From a virus: a DNA stretch of 64,000 nucleotides. The stretch lies in the IMG/VR virus record IMGVR_UViG_3300050343_000199, positions 32,001 to 96,000 of that record; one strand, written 5' to 3'. Made by a program: the position numbers and the translations under genes. The notes under the pieces are model-generated. The model made no database searches and had not been told where the DNA came from. It saw only the letters and a list, made by a program, of their open reading frames with translations. How positions within the stretch are numbered: position 1 is the stretch's first letter; the number at the start of each line of letters is the position of its first letter. This document shows, piece by piece, positions 53,701 through 62,977 of the stretch.

Positions 53701-53758
53701 AGTATGGCACATATGTTTGAGTATGTCAAGGTCACTGTGACAGTTATTAATCGTCCAC
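53701..53758 (-). promoter_or_regulatory. sigma70 promoter TTGACA-N17-CATACT plus dyad element 13 (53737..53758)
   Basis: -10 53701-06, -35 53724-29, dyad GTGACAGTT-atta-ATCGTCCAC 30 nt upstream of -10. Confidence 0.85.
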
Positions 53759-53974
53759 TGCATCAACCGACTCAATATCGCACACCGGCACTTCATGCTC
53801 ACCACCAATCATGTACCAGTGCATTAACTGTCCATGATATTCGGGATGTGCAACGTATTGTGTAGTATACTCACGTTCACCACAATACAACAACTCACTC
53901 TCAGGAATACAATGCTCTTTCAACATTGCTTGCAGTTGCATATGCTGCAATTCTACTTTTGATGGTACTTTCAT
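53747..53974 (-). CDS. Conserved cyanophage hypothetical protein
   Basis: MKVP...EL.H.QLQAML.EH.IPE.EL.Y.GEREY motif. Confidence 0.8.
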   Translation of the reverse strand: MKVPSKVELQHMQLQAMLKEHCIPESELLYCGEREYTTQYVAHPEYHGQLMHWYMIGGEHEVPVCDIESVDAVDD

Positions 53975-54722
53975 AATAATTAGTCTCAGTAAGAGATTTA
54001 ATTGTAAGATAGTTTGCTATTTTGTCTCTGAATAACTTAAGATAATGTCTAGTAGTAGGCATGAACTGATTATCTGTTGTAAGATATTCTACATCAGGAA
54101 AATCTACTGAGTATACTTTACTATAAAACTCAGGTGAGATTGGAAATTTAACAATATCTGCATTTGTAGAGAACTCAGTCTGATCTGTTATATCTCTCAA
54201 TTTTTGTCTATATGTAATATATTTTGCTTTATCAGCATCATTTAATTGAGAGTCTGGTGCTAGTGCCCAATCAGTCTCACTTAATAGAAAATTGCGGGCA
54301 AGTCTAATAGTGAGAGGTGATACTGAAGATGTTTTAGCATACATTCTAGCGAGTTCTTGATTGAACTCTTGATCTTCTAATGAATCAATCAGATAATATG
54401 ATTCAACTAATTTATCTTTTACTGCTTTACCTTCATCAGTTGAAAGTTGCTCCATTTCATAGTCAACCCATTCAAATTTAGAGGTAGAAAAATTCTTTCT
54501 ATATCTTCTACGTTTAGCATAATATGTGTCATTGGTAAACCAATTAAACAAGATCAACTTATCCTTATCACTATCCCATAAAGGATAAAGAAAAGGAAGC
54601 AGGGTATCTTTCCAATAACTCTCAGGAATTACCTTTGCCGTACCATTGTATGTAATTTCCTGATTTACCGTGTCAAGTTGTACTTGTAACACTGGTATGT
54701 CAGCCGAGTTCTGCGTTGACAT
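53901..54722 (-). CDS. Tail fibre assembly chaperone-like protein; 3' end possibly truncated/fused
   Basis: RNFLLSETDW...PDS.L......Y.TYRQKLRDI (phage tail assembly chaperone motif); last ~25 codons overlap the next gene. Confidence 0.7.
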   Translation of the reverse strand: MSTQNSADIPVLQVQLDTVNQEITYNGTAKVIPESYWKDTLLPFLYPLWDSDKDKLILFNWFTNDTYYAKRRRYRKNFSTSKFEWVDYEMEQLSTDEGKAVKDKLVESYYLIDSLEDQEFNQELARMYAKTSSVSPLTIRLARNFLLSETDWALAPDSQLNDADKAKYITYRQKLRDITDQTEFSTNADIVKFPISPEFYSKVYSVDFPDVEYLTTDNQFMPTTRHYLKLFRDKIANYLTIKSLTETNYYESTIKSRIAAYATASNVERALYS

Positions 54723-54746
54723 GTTGTTCAATTATAGTCTCCAATA

Positions 54747-54754
54747 TATTTAGA
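54747..54754 (-). promoter_or_regulatory. Probable late promoter TCTAAATA
   Basis: TAAATA core overlapping upstream stop, 24 nt before ATG 54722. Confidence 0.55.
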
Positions 54755-57700
54755 AAGCTTTGATAAGGTACTTACATAATCTGTACGGTACAAGCAGAGG
54801 AATATTAAAATCTGGATCTAATGATACGATTGGTTCAACTTTAGTAGTTGACTTCATCGTAAGTTTAGCATCACTAGCATTTAATCCAGAACTATATGTA
54901 ATTCCAGGTCCAGTTTGACCTTGTACTGTATATGTAAGACTATCAACAGCAGGTTTTGAGATAGCACCAGCAGTTGGTACAAAAATTAATTCGGTTACTT
55001 TCTCTTTCCAATAAATTACCTCAGAAATACCATAATGGTCAGTGTTATCTGCATTATCATTAGCACTATTAGCATTTGCTCGTTGCTGTTCAAATTTAAT
55101 CTTAACACCATCTTGTTTTGCTGATGCTGGTAATGCAACACTATAAGTATACCATTTTGTATTTCCTCCAGTACCATCCCACGTACTATTAATTGATGGA
55201 ACAGTTCCAATTAAAGGATCCGTTCTACTGGCGTTTGGATTGATAATAGTATCAATCAAATTCCATGTTTCAGATCCATTCAATTGATAGTAAACTTTCA
55301 GTGTTTCTTCTGGTTTATTACCACCATTTGAATCGTTTCCTCTTGCTGCTTTTATGGAAATATAATTTACTTGAGTGCAATCTGTTGGTTTAACTACAGC
55401 AAATCTCGTTTTACTAGTCTTTCCATTTACTCCACCAAATTTCAAGAATGACTCAATTTGACTAGAACTATTTGGAATTAAAGTTAAATCTGAAACTATT
55501 CCAGCATTTTGATCTACTTGTGCAGCTATAATAGTTCCAGCAGAACTACCATTTAAGACATATGCATATGGTTGTTCAGTATATCCACTACCTCCACTAG
55601 TTAGAGAAACATTATTTACTGTGCCATTTGCAGAAGTGGTACATGTAGCAGTTGCACCTGTTCCACCACCGCCTATGATCTTAACAATTGGTGTTTCAGT
55701 TGGTTTCTTGAAGTTTCCAGTAACACCACTACCATCACCGAAATCATAAACATTTACATCCCAATCATCTGCATCTGCAGATCCAGATTCAAATACATCA
55801 CCAATACTAACAGTTGTTGTTCCACCTTCCCATCCGGTAACAACTCCTAATCCAACTTTAACATATCCTGTGCCACCATTAGCAACACCACCACCAGGTG
55901 ATGATCCTCCAGATCCAACAGTGATTGCAGCAGATGCAGGATTACCTAATGCATCCCATCCAGTAACACCATTCCATACTCCAGCACCACCGCCACCACC
56001 GCCACCAGGTGTCCAATAATCATTATTATATGTTATGTTTAAAGATGCATAACCATTTCCACTAGATCCTTGAGATTGTTGAGCAGCAGTAAAATAATCG
56101 TTTCTAAGAGAACTTGTTCCTGTCATTCCTCCGCCACCACCTTGGTGACCACCGTTACCACCAGGAGCACCGCCCGGACCACCAGGAGCACCACCACCAC
56201 TACCACCAGGAGTAGTAAATCCATTACGGGCAGCACCGCCACCGCCGCCGCCTCCACCGCCGCCAACGCAACCGTAATTACCACCTTTACCACCTGATCC
56301 AGGTCCTAGTGCTTGAGATCCTTGCTGCAATCCCACAGGAGATAATCCATTCTGTCCCGGTCCACCATCGTTACCGTCAGCACCAGCACCGCCACCGCCG
56401 CCAGCACCAATTACTAACTGAGATCCTCGGTATAACAATGTGGCACCGCCGCCGCCTGCTCCACCTTTGTTACCATCACCTGTACCACCCTGCTTTCCAC
56501 TAGCACCATTAGAATTACTACCACCACTACCAGGACTATTACCACCGTTGCTACCTTTACTGCCAATACTTACTGACCAACCCTGTTGAGTAAAATTACT
56601 AAGTCCATTAGATTTTATTTCTGCATTTATTAGAACTCCTCTATGACCAGATCTGCTATTATTAGCATTACCTCCTGCACCACCAGAAAGACTAAATCTA
56701 GCTGTCAGAATACCAGCAATTCCATTTAAACCACTAAATGAACCATTACTAGTCTTAGTTTGACTATATGTGCCACTTTGTCCTGTTACTTCTTTGTTTA
56801 CACCATTAGTTCCCACACCATATGGTGTAAATCCTAATAATCCACCAATACCGCCACCATTTGGGTTATTTGGATAATCTACTTTAGGAAATCCATTATT
56901 TGCTACTCCATTTTGTCCATCAGTTCCATCTAGACCATTAAACTTACCGCCGCCTTTAAGTCCTAATTTCTGAGTTCCACCTTTATCTCCACCAGAACCA
57001 CCAGACTGTCCAGATGCTGCTCCACCCTTTTCGCCACCGTCAGCAACTAAATGTACTCCACTACCATCACCAATTTTAAGACTACTAGCAGTTCCGTTGT
57101 TTCCTGCTGAAGTTCCATTAGCACCAGAACCACCACCACCAACTACAAGATATTGTAAAGATTCTGGAGATCCTGTAACTGTACTAAAATCAATAGAATA
57201 ACTACCAGGATTAGTAAATTCCCATACATTGGTATAATTAATAATTGGAGTTCCACCAGTAACGATATTTCTACCGCCAACTACAGAATTGGATGATAAT
57301 GTGTATGATATTGGATTAGGAATAAAAGTTTGAAACTCCCAAGATCCTGCACCTTGAGCACCAGATGCTAGATATGCTTGGTCTGGACCAGCAGCAGTAT
57401 CATCTTTTAAAGTACCTGCTCCACCTGCTCCACCATATGCATCAAACGCATCATAAGTTGCAACTGTGTTATCATCGTTTGGTCTTCTAAGTAATCCATG
57501 TTTATGAGTAAAGACTTGACCAGTTGTAGGATACCATCTTTGAACTCTACCCCTACCTTCTTTATAATCTTGTAAATATCTATCTCCACTCCCCTCTCTC
57601 ACCCATTGTGTTTGACCAGGAACACTATGAAAAACACTATGACTATGCTGAAAAACTCCAGGTAATTTAGAATCCTTCATTGTAACAGTTACATCTTGAC

Positions 57701-58538
57701 TACCAATAATAGTACATCCAGTAGTCTCAACAACTGCATCATATCCGCTAGTAGTAATTCTACCCAAGGAAAAGTATTCATCTTGAGATTCTTTTGCAAA
57801 ATACCACTGACCACCAGTAATACCTACACCAAGAGACGAATTTCCAATATTTGGAGAATTATTACCAAATACTGAGTTATTACCTACAATTTTTCTTGCT
57901 TTAGTATCAGGAACTGCAAATGTACCTAAATTAGTAACTCCCCACCAATCTAAAACGTTTGCAGTAGTAATCCTAGAAATACCTCCAGTATCAGAATCAA
58001 TTCTAACTTCTGCTGTAGCACCAGATCCACCGCCACCACTTATAGTTACCGTTGGAGGATTATAAGGATCATATCCTTCACCTGCAATTAGAGTAGTAAT
58101 AGTAGTTATTTTACCTGTGTTATCGTATTGTGCAGATGCTGTTGCTTGTATTCCACCAGCAGCAGGTGCTCCTATAGTAACAGTAGGAGTACTGGTATAT
58201 CCAGCACCAAAATTTATAAGATCAATTCCTTGACTAGATCTTCCACCATATTGATTTCCAATAATAGAATACAATACAGGATAATCAGAAATCTGATACT
58301 CAGATCCATCACAATATAGATATCCTTCGTGAGTATATGCCGGATCATCTCCTGTTATATAAGCATTACCGGTTTTTTCACTTAAATTGCCATAATTTAT
58401 ATCTCCAGATTTAACATAATTATGATCAAAACTATTAGCAGTGCTTTTTAAATTAGGCACAATAGATCCGATTGGTGTAGTATCCACCAACATATCGGTC
58501 AGGAATCCCTGTCTTGCGTTTCTATAACTTTGTGACAT
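54750..58538 (-). CDS. Tail-collar fibre protein with large polyglycine region (1262 aa)
   Basis: PIGSIV...GYLYCDGSEY.I.DYP.LY.IIG..YGG...FAVPD collar; extensive GGGGAG tracts; ends PYRLCKYLIKAF. Confidence 0.8.
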   Translation of the reverse strand: MSQSYRNARQGFLTDMLVDTTPIGSIVPNLKSTANSFDHNYVKSGDINYGNLSEKTGNAYITGDDPAYTHEGYLYCDGSEYQISDYPVLYSIIGNQYGGRSSQGIDLINFGAGYTSTPTVTIGAPAAGGIQATASAQYDNTGKITTITTLIAGEGYDPYNPPTVTISGGGGSGATAEVRIDSDTGGISRITTANVLDWWGVTNLGTFAVPDTKARKIVGNNSVFGNNSPNIGNSSLGVGITGGQWYFAKESQDEYFSLGRITTSGYDAVVETTGCTIIGSQDVTVTMKDSKLPGVFQHSHSVFHSVPGQTQWVREGSGDRYLQDYKEGRGRVQRWYPTTGQVFTHKHGLLRRPNDDNTVATYDAFDAYGGAGGAGTLKDDTAAGPDQAYLASGAQGAGSWEFQTFIPNPISYTLSSNSVVGGRNIVTGGTPIINYTNVWEFTNPGSYSIDFSTVTGSPESLQYLVVGGGGSGANGTSAGNNGTASSLKIGDGSGVHLVADGGEKGGAASGQSGGSGGDKGGTQKLGLKGGGKFNGLDGTDGQNGVANNGFPKVDYPNNPNGGGIGGLLGFTPYGVGTNGVNKEVTGQSGTYSQTKTSNGSFSGLNGIAGILTARFSLSGGAGGNANNSRSGHRGVLINAEIKSNGLSNFTQQGWSVSIGSKGSNGGNSPGSGGSNSNGASGKQGGTGDGNKGGAGGGGATLLYRGSQLVIGAGGGGGAGADGNDGGPGQNGLSPVGLQQGSQALGPGSGGKGGNYGCVGGGGGGGGGGAARNGFTTPGGSGGGAPGGPGGAPGGNGGHQGGGGGMTGTSSLRNDYFTAAQQSQGSSGNGYASLNITYNNDYWTPGGGGGGGAGVWNGVTGWDALGNPASAAITVGSGGSSPGGGVANGGTGYVKVGLGVVTGWEGGTTTVSIGDVFESGSADADDWDVNVYDFGDGSGVTGNFKKPTETPIVKIIGGGGTGATATCTTSANGTVNNVSLTSGGSGYTEQPYAYVLNGSSAGTIIAAQVDQNAGIVSDLTLIPNSSSQIESFLKFGGVNGKTSKTRFAVVKPTDCTQVNYISIKAARGNDSNGGNKPEETLKVYYQLNGSETWNLIDTIINPNASRTDPLIGTVPSINSTWDGTGGNTKWYTYSVALPASAKQDGVKIKFEQQRANANSANDNADNTDHYGISEVIYWKEKVTELIFVPTAGAISKPAVDSLTYTVQGQTGPGITYSSGLNASDAKLTMKSTTKVEPIVSLDPDFNIPLLVPYRLCKYLIKAF

Positions 58539-58543
58539 TACTA

Positions 58544-59914
58544 TTAAATCTTAATTAAATATTCCATAACAATATATGGTGATGTAGCAGCATCAATAGA
58601 AACTGAGTTATCAGTTCCTATATCCATACGTGTCACCAAATTTTCAGGTGGCACTTCAATTGCATTTGTTTTAACTTTATAACTATGGTCGCCTTTATCC
58701 AAATAAATGCGATGATTATGTCTAGTTGGATCTTCTCCAGCTGTAATTGCTAAGTCAATAGTATCTAGAGTTTCATTATCAACATCGGTAATAGCAAATT
58801 GAGATTTATGTTCTTGATTAGATTGCATTGGAACAACATCATGCAAACTAACATCATTAAAATCTAATGGGACTCCAGGATATCCAGATTCATATGTAAC
58901 CGGAATGTCATTATCAAAATCATCTGCTTCATCACCACCACCACGGTATACACATATACCAAGAAGTTCCGTAAAGTTAGCATATTCTGCAGTATCATTT
59001 CCGTTAGGTGATCCTTCTGCTTTCCAACCATCAAGAGTAAATTCTTCGTTATTCAAACATCCATAAGTATATTCAGTCTGACCATATCCAAAAATACAAT
59101 ATCCATAATAAAGAGTTTCTTGTACTCCCTGATCAGTAATAGCGGAATCTTTCCACTTATCAATTGCCTTACAAACATTCTGACCACTTCCAGGTGGTTG
59201 ACCAGAATCATTATTATATCTAGTTGCATCTAACCAATCTTGAATAGGTATAGTTGATGCATTTCTACGACCAGTAGTACCACCATTTGGATTAGGTTCG
59301 TCTCCTGAAGGTTCGTTTGTTTGTAAATTTCTTGCTCGCACAGCACTATGAAAGTGCATATGTCCGGCAACTGCATTCTCTTCAACACCTTCAATCTCGG
59401 TATAATGTGTATCTCCAGCATATTCCCAAGATGGTCTTCCTCTAAGAGGAATTTCTTGACTTGGTACTGTTATAGTACCAGAATATGTAATGGTTACCGT
59501 ATCACCGATTGCAGATGTTACTTCAATTCCAATACCAGATCTACTTACTAAGTTACCCAAAGCATTTGGTAATCTAATATTATTATAGGATCCAGCATTG
59601 GCACCTGATGTTGGTTCTGGATATTTTGAACCAAGATCAGGGACCATAAATTGTGTATCAGATAAGACATCAAATACTGTCCCGTCAGGATTTCTCCTAA
59701 GATATTTACACGAATCACCTGTTCCTAAAATTGCTGCTAATGCAGGATAATCAGAGGCAAAATATTTTGTTCCATCACATTTAAGATATCCAGCAGGCAA
59801 CCTAGATTTATTAAGTGCAGTACTGGGATCACCTTGATATTCTAACGGCCAAATAATAACTTGACCTGATAAATTACCATATTTAGATCTTTCTTTGGCG
59901 TAAAATGCAGGCAT
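58544..59914 (-). CDS. Tail-collar (short tail fibre-like) protein
   Basis: LPAGYLKCDGTKY.ASDYP.LA.ILG...FMVPDLG; C-terminal SPYIVMEYLIKI. Confidence 0.8.
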   Translation of the reverse strand: MPAFYAKERSKYGNLSGQVIIWPLEYQGDPSTALNKSRLPAGYLKCDGTKYFASDYPALAAILGTGDSCKYLRRNPDGTVFDVLSDTQFMVPDLGSKYPEPTSGANAGSYNNIRLPNALGNLVSRSGIGIEVTSAIGDTVTITYSGTITVPSQEIPLRGRPSWEYAGDTHYTEIEGVEENAVAGHMHFHSAVRARNLQTNEPSGDEPNPNGGTTGRRNASTIPIQDWLDATRYNNDSGQPPGSGQNVCKAIDKWKDSAITDQGVQETLYYGYCIFGYGQTEYTYGCLNNEEFTLDGWKAEGSPNGNDTAEYANFTELLGICVYRGGGDEADDFDNDIPVTYESGYPGVPLDFNDVSLHDVVPMQSNQEHKSQFAITDVDNETLDTIDLAITAGEDPTRHNHRIYLDKGDHSYKVKTNAIEVPPENLVTRMDIGTDNSVSIDAATSPYIVMEYLIKI

Positions 59915-61602
59915 CAGTATGCTTTGATTATAAACGTCATTGTTACATTAGGTTGAGTGGTATCAACCGTAATATTTAGGGCATCTTCTAAACTATCAGC
60001 AGTTAAAGAAGATCCATCTGCATCATTTGCAGTATGAGAAGGAGGACTAGCGATAGATCCTATACCCTGAGCAATTTCAAAACTACCGTGATTATGTGCT
60101 CGGTATATTTGTTCTTTAGGATCTTTAGCAGTATTAGTTGTATTTAATGTAGTAGGATATGTGGCATATTTAAATGCTATATCAATAGTTCCACCAGATT
60201 TTGCCGGTTGACTCATAGTAATTTCATAAATTGGTGCTGCAGCAGTACCTATATTCTCAACAATTTGGACCATTGTTCCTTCACGGAAGTAATAATATTT
60301 ACTATCAACTAGAACAGGTGTCATGTACATTAAAGGAGTAATTTTATCATATTGATACCAACTTTCACCTCCAGAACTATATGAACTTTTGATATTTGTA
60401 CTAGGAGGTAGTGTAATTTTATTAGAATCTTGAGTAAGAGTTACTCCAGAGACTGTAAATACAGGAGAAGTTTCGGGGTTATCTTCTAGTCCATCACCTC
60501 TAATAGGAGCACCAGTATCATATCCAAAGAAATTTGACCTTCCTCTTAGACTCATTGGGGGTGGAAACATCCCAGTATGGCAAGGTGTTTTATGTTCATC
60601 AGTAGGAACGTAACTAAAGGTATCAGTATATCCTCGTTCAAATACAACTTGATCATATGCTAAGGCTTCATGTCCTGTTCCACCACCGTCTTGATTACGA
60701 TCAGTAGTTGCCCATTCATCTTCACCAGCAGGAATATAACCCCAATAATCTTTTCCTGAACTATCTTTTACAAATTCTTGATATCCTTCACAACGTGGAA
60801 GTGTATTTTCATGTGTTTGATCACCATAGTATGTTATATTAGTAGCACCATTGTTCCACTGAGTTGGTTCTGCTTCTTTAAGAGCACAGTTAATAGGACC
60901 TCTAGTTTCACTACACTGATTAGATGTAATGTCACCGGTCATATCAATACCCCTATCAGTACGAAATACCATAGGACCAGAAGCATTTGGGTTTACTGAT
61001 GGTATATTTTCACTATGTGAATGTGATGGTGTATGATTAATTCCTAATTTTCTATTCAATGTATGTACTGTCTCCAAAAAGTCAGGAGATCCCATAGTAA
61101 TATTATCAAATTTAAAATATAAATTTCCGGATAAATTTAACGTAAAATCAATGTCAGTTGTTGCTTGATATGTAGTGTTTATCAACGCATTTTCACCATA
61201 AGAATCAATTAGATCACCTAATTTATCTCCTTGTGTATTATATACAGAATTTAATGGGTCAGTTTGACCCATCTTATATTTGTCAAGTGTGAGATAATCT
61301 TTTTCAACATCTATCAAAACTTTAGCAGATAGATTTGGAAGTCTAAAAGTTGCATCTGTACCATAATATGGAAATTCTGGATGATTTCCCGACACATCTG
61401 TCATATCACCACCATAAGAATCACCTAAAGATGAAGCTAATAATGGATAATCAGAAGCAGTTAATGTTTGACCATTGCAAGTAATCCACCCTTTGGGGAT
61501 ATTAGATTCTAAAAATCCACTACCCCCGTCTCCTCCCCAAGGCATGATAGTGCCAACTTTGGCAGCTCTCATAGTTTTAATTGAATCGTATCTTACTGTC
61601 AT
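59914..61602 (-). CDS. Tail-collar (short tail fibre-like) protein
   Basis: VGTIMPWGG...IPKGWITCNGQ...DYPLLA..LG..YGG...FRLPNL; C-terminal QPNVTMTFIIKAY. Confidence 0.8.
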   Translation of the reverse strand: MTVRYDSIKTMRAAKVGTIMPWGGDGGSGFLESNIPKGWITCNGQTLTASDYPLLASSLGDSYGGDMTDVSGNHPEFPYYGTDATFRLPNLSAKVLIDVEKDYLTLDKYKMGQTDPLNSVYNTQGDKLGDLIDSYGENALINTTYQATTDIDFTLNLSGNLYFKFDNITMGSPDFLETVHTLNRKLGINHTPSHSHSENIPSVNPNASGPMVFRTDRGIDMTGDITSNQCSETRGPINCALKEAEPTQWNNGATNITYYGDQTHENTLPRCEGYQEFVKDSSGKDYWGYIPAGEDEWATTDRNQDGGGTGHEALAYDQVVFERGYTDTFSYVPTDEHKTPCHTGMFPPPMSLRGRSNFFGYDTGAPIRGDGLEDNPETSPVFTVSGVTLTQDSNKITLPPSTNIKSSYSSGGESWYQYDKITPLMYMTPVLVDSKYYYFREGTMVQIVENIGTAAAPIYEITMSQPAKSGGTIDIAFKYATYPTTLNTTNTAKDPKEQIYRAHNHGSFEIAQGIGSIASPPSHTANDADGSSLTADSLEDALNITVDTTQPNVTMTFIIKAY

Positions 61603-61612
61603 TGTTTTTAGA

Positions 61613-62977
61613 TCAGAGTTCCATCAACCACCAACCACGAAGAGAAGGTGGAATTGTTCTGGCATTAGAGGATCCTTCAATGTCAACAGGACCAGCATAA
61701 ACTAAACCAAAAGCAGCATTTCTAGATTGAACTACAAGTTCTCCAGAATCCCATGCCGTTGATAGTGTTTGACCAGCACCAGCACCAACTCTAGATCCAG
61801 TAGTATCACCTTGAATTGCTGTTTGAACTGCTCCATCTTTCAATGCTCTAATAATTAAACTTGTGTTATAAGTTAGATTTCCGCTAAGTTCCGTAAATCT
61901 AATCATATCGCCAGTTTGAGCATCATTTGGTAAGTACAAGACCATATTACTACCACTAGAAGTATTAACCAAGTAGTTATTATTAACTTCAAGTGGATTA
62001 TCTTGCTGTTGACCAATACCAGTGGTAGGATCAAAATCAAGATATGTATGTCTTCTACCACCATTACCTGTCCAATATTTCTCAATACCAAACGAATCAA
62101 TAGCGTTGTTTTGATAAATCTTGAAGTCTTTCGGACCATCACTACCACCAATACCTGCAGAACCCATATTATCAATATGGAATACTACATCAGATGCATT
62201 TTCAGTAATCAGTAATCTACCAGCTTGATAGAATGTTTCACCCATCTGAAGACTGCCAGTTCTTCCCTGTACACTAAATGAAGGTACAGATGAACAAATA
62301 CCGTTCATCTGGCAATCATCCCAGTAAACTCTAAAATCACCGAAGATATTAGCAGAACCCTTCAGGGTCATGCCATTAGTCTTATTGATAGGATCTTCAA
62401 TAGATCCATCTCCAGAGTGACCATCGTCATTTGCAATTGACAATACTAGAGTTTTACTATCAGAACCATACATTCTAAATGCACCACCATAGATGGTAGT
62501 ATCATCATAGACACTAAGTTCGCCACCATTATATAAGTCATAATATGGTGTTGTTGCAGTATTTGGTTCTCTAATACTCTTAGACATCTTGACTGCATAA
62601 ACTGCATCAAGAGAACCATCAACACTATCAGGAACAAAGAATTCACTACCAATCCTGACATAAGTTGGATAATCTAGTTTAGGTGAAATTAGATCTCCAT
62701 TACGAAGTCTAATCTCTAATCTAACATCGCTAGTATTCGGACTACGAGCCTTAAGGGCAGTTGCACGAGCAGATTGAGTTGCAGGAATGTCATCTAATAG
62801 AACTGTTGTTCTAGGAGCACCAACTAATTTGACAACATTTACACCTGCTTGGAATGCCTGAGCTGTCGTTCCTTCACGTCCTCTACCACCAGAATTATAA
62901 GTAGAATTACTTGATGTTGGTAGAATTAATCCACCAGTATTTGTATCTGTGCGTGGTGTATCAGTTATCTGAATCCG
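61613..62977 (-). CDS. C-terminal part of giant structural/fibre protein (gp9/10-like terminal domain), detached by a frameshift
   Basis: The 324-aa track ORF extends 130 stop-free codons upstream (IQITDTPRT...AVKMSKS) to a TAA at 62978-80; ends YLPNDAQTGDMIRF...FGLVY...GWWLMEL. Confidence 0.75.
   Translation of the reverse strand, partial: RIQITDTPRTDTNTGGLILPTSSNSTYNSGGRGREGTTAQAFQAGVNVVKLVGAPRTTVLLDDIPATQSARATALKARSPNTSDVRLEIRLRNGDLISPKLDYPTYVRIGSEFFVPDSVDGSLDAVYAVKMSKSIREPNTATTPYYDLYNGGELSVYDDTTIYGGAFRMYGSDSKTLVLSIANDDGHSGDGSIEDPINKTNGMTLKGSANIFGDFRVYWDDCQMNGICSSVPSFSVQGRTGSLQMGETFYQAGRLLITENASDVVFHIDNMGSAGIGGSDGPKDFKIYQNNAIDSFGIEKYWTGNGGRRHTYLDFDPTTGIGQQQDNPLEVNNNYLVNTSSGSNMVLYLPNDAQTGDMIRFTELSGNLTYNTSLIIRALKDGAVQTAIQGDTTGSRVGAGAGQTLSTAWDSGELVVQSRNAAFGLVYAGPVDIEGSSNARTIPPSLRGWWLMEL

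Noticed and set aside
40400-53758. Dyad repeats as a CRISPR array or REP/MITE-like mobile repeats
   Set aside because: Spacing is irregular (0.2-4 kb), copies are degenerate and tied to -10 boxes; no cas or transposase genes and no target-site duplications seen.
40400-53758. Dyad as a CRP, NtcA or MotA site
   Set aside because: Geometry differs: CRP is TGTGA-N6-TCACA, NtcA is GTA-N8-TAC, and the MotA box is non-palindromic at -30; this element has 9-bp halves, a 4-bp spacer and centres near -53.
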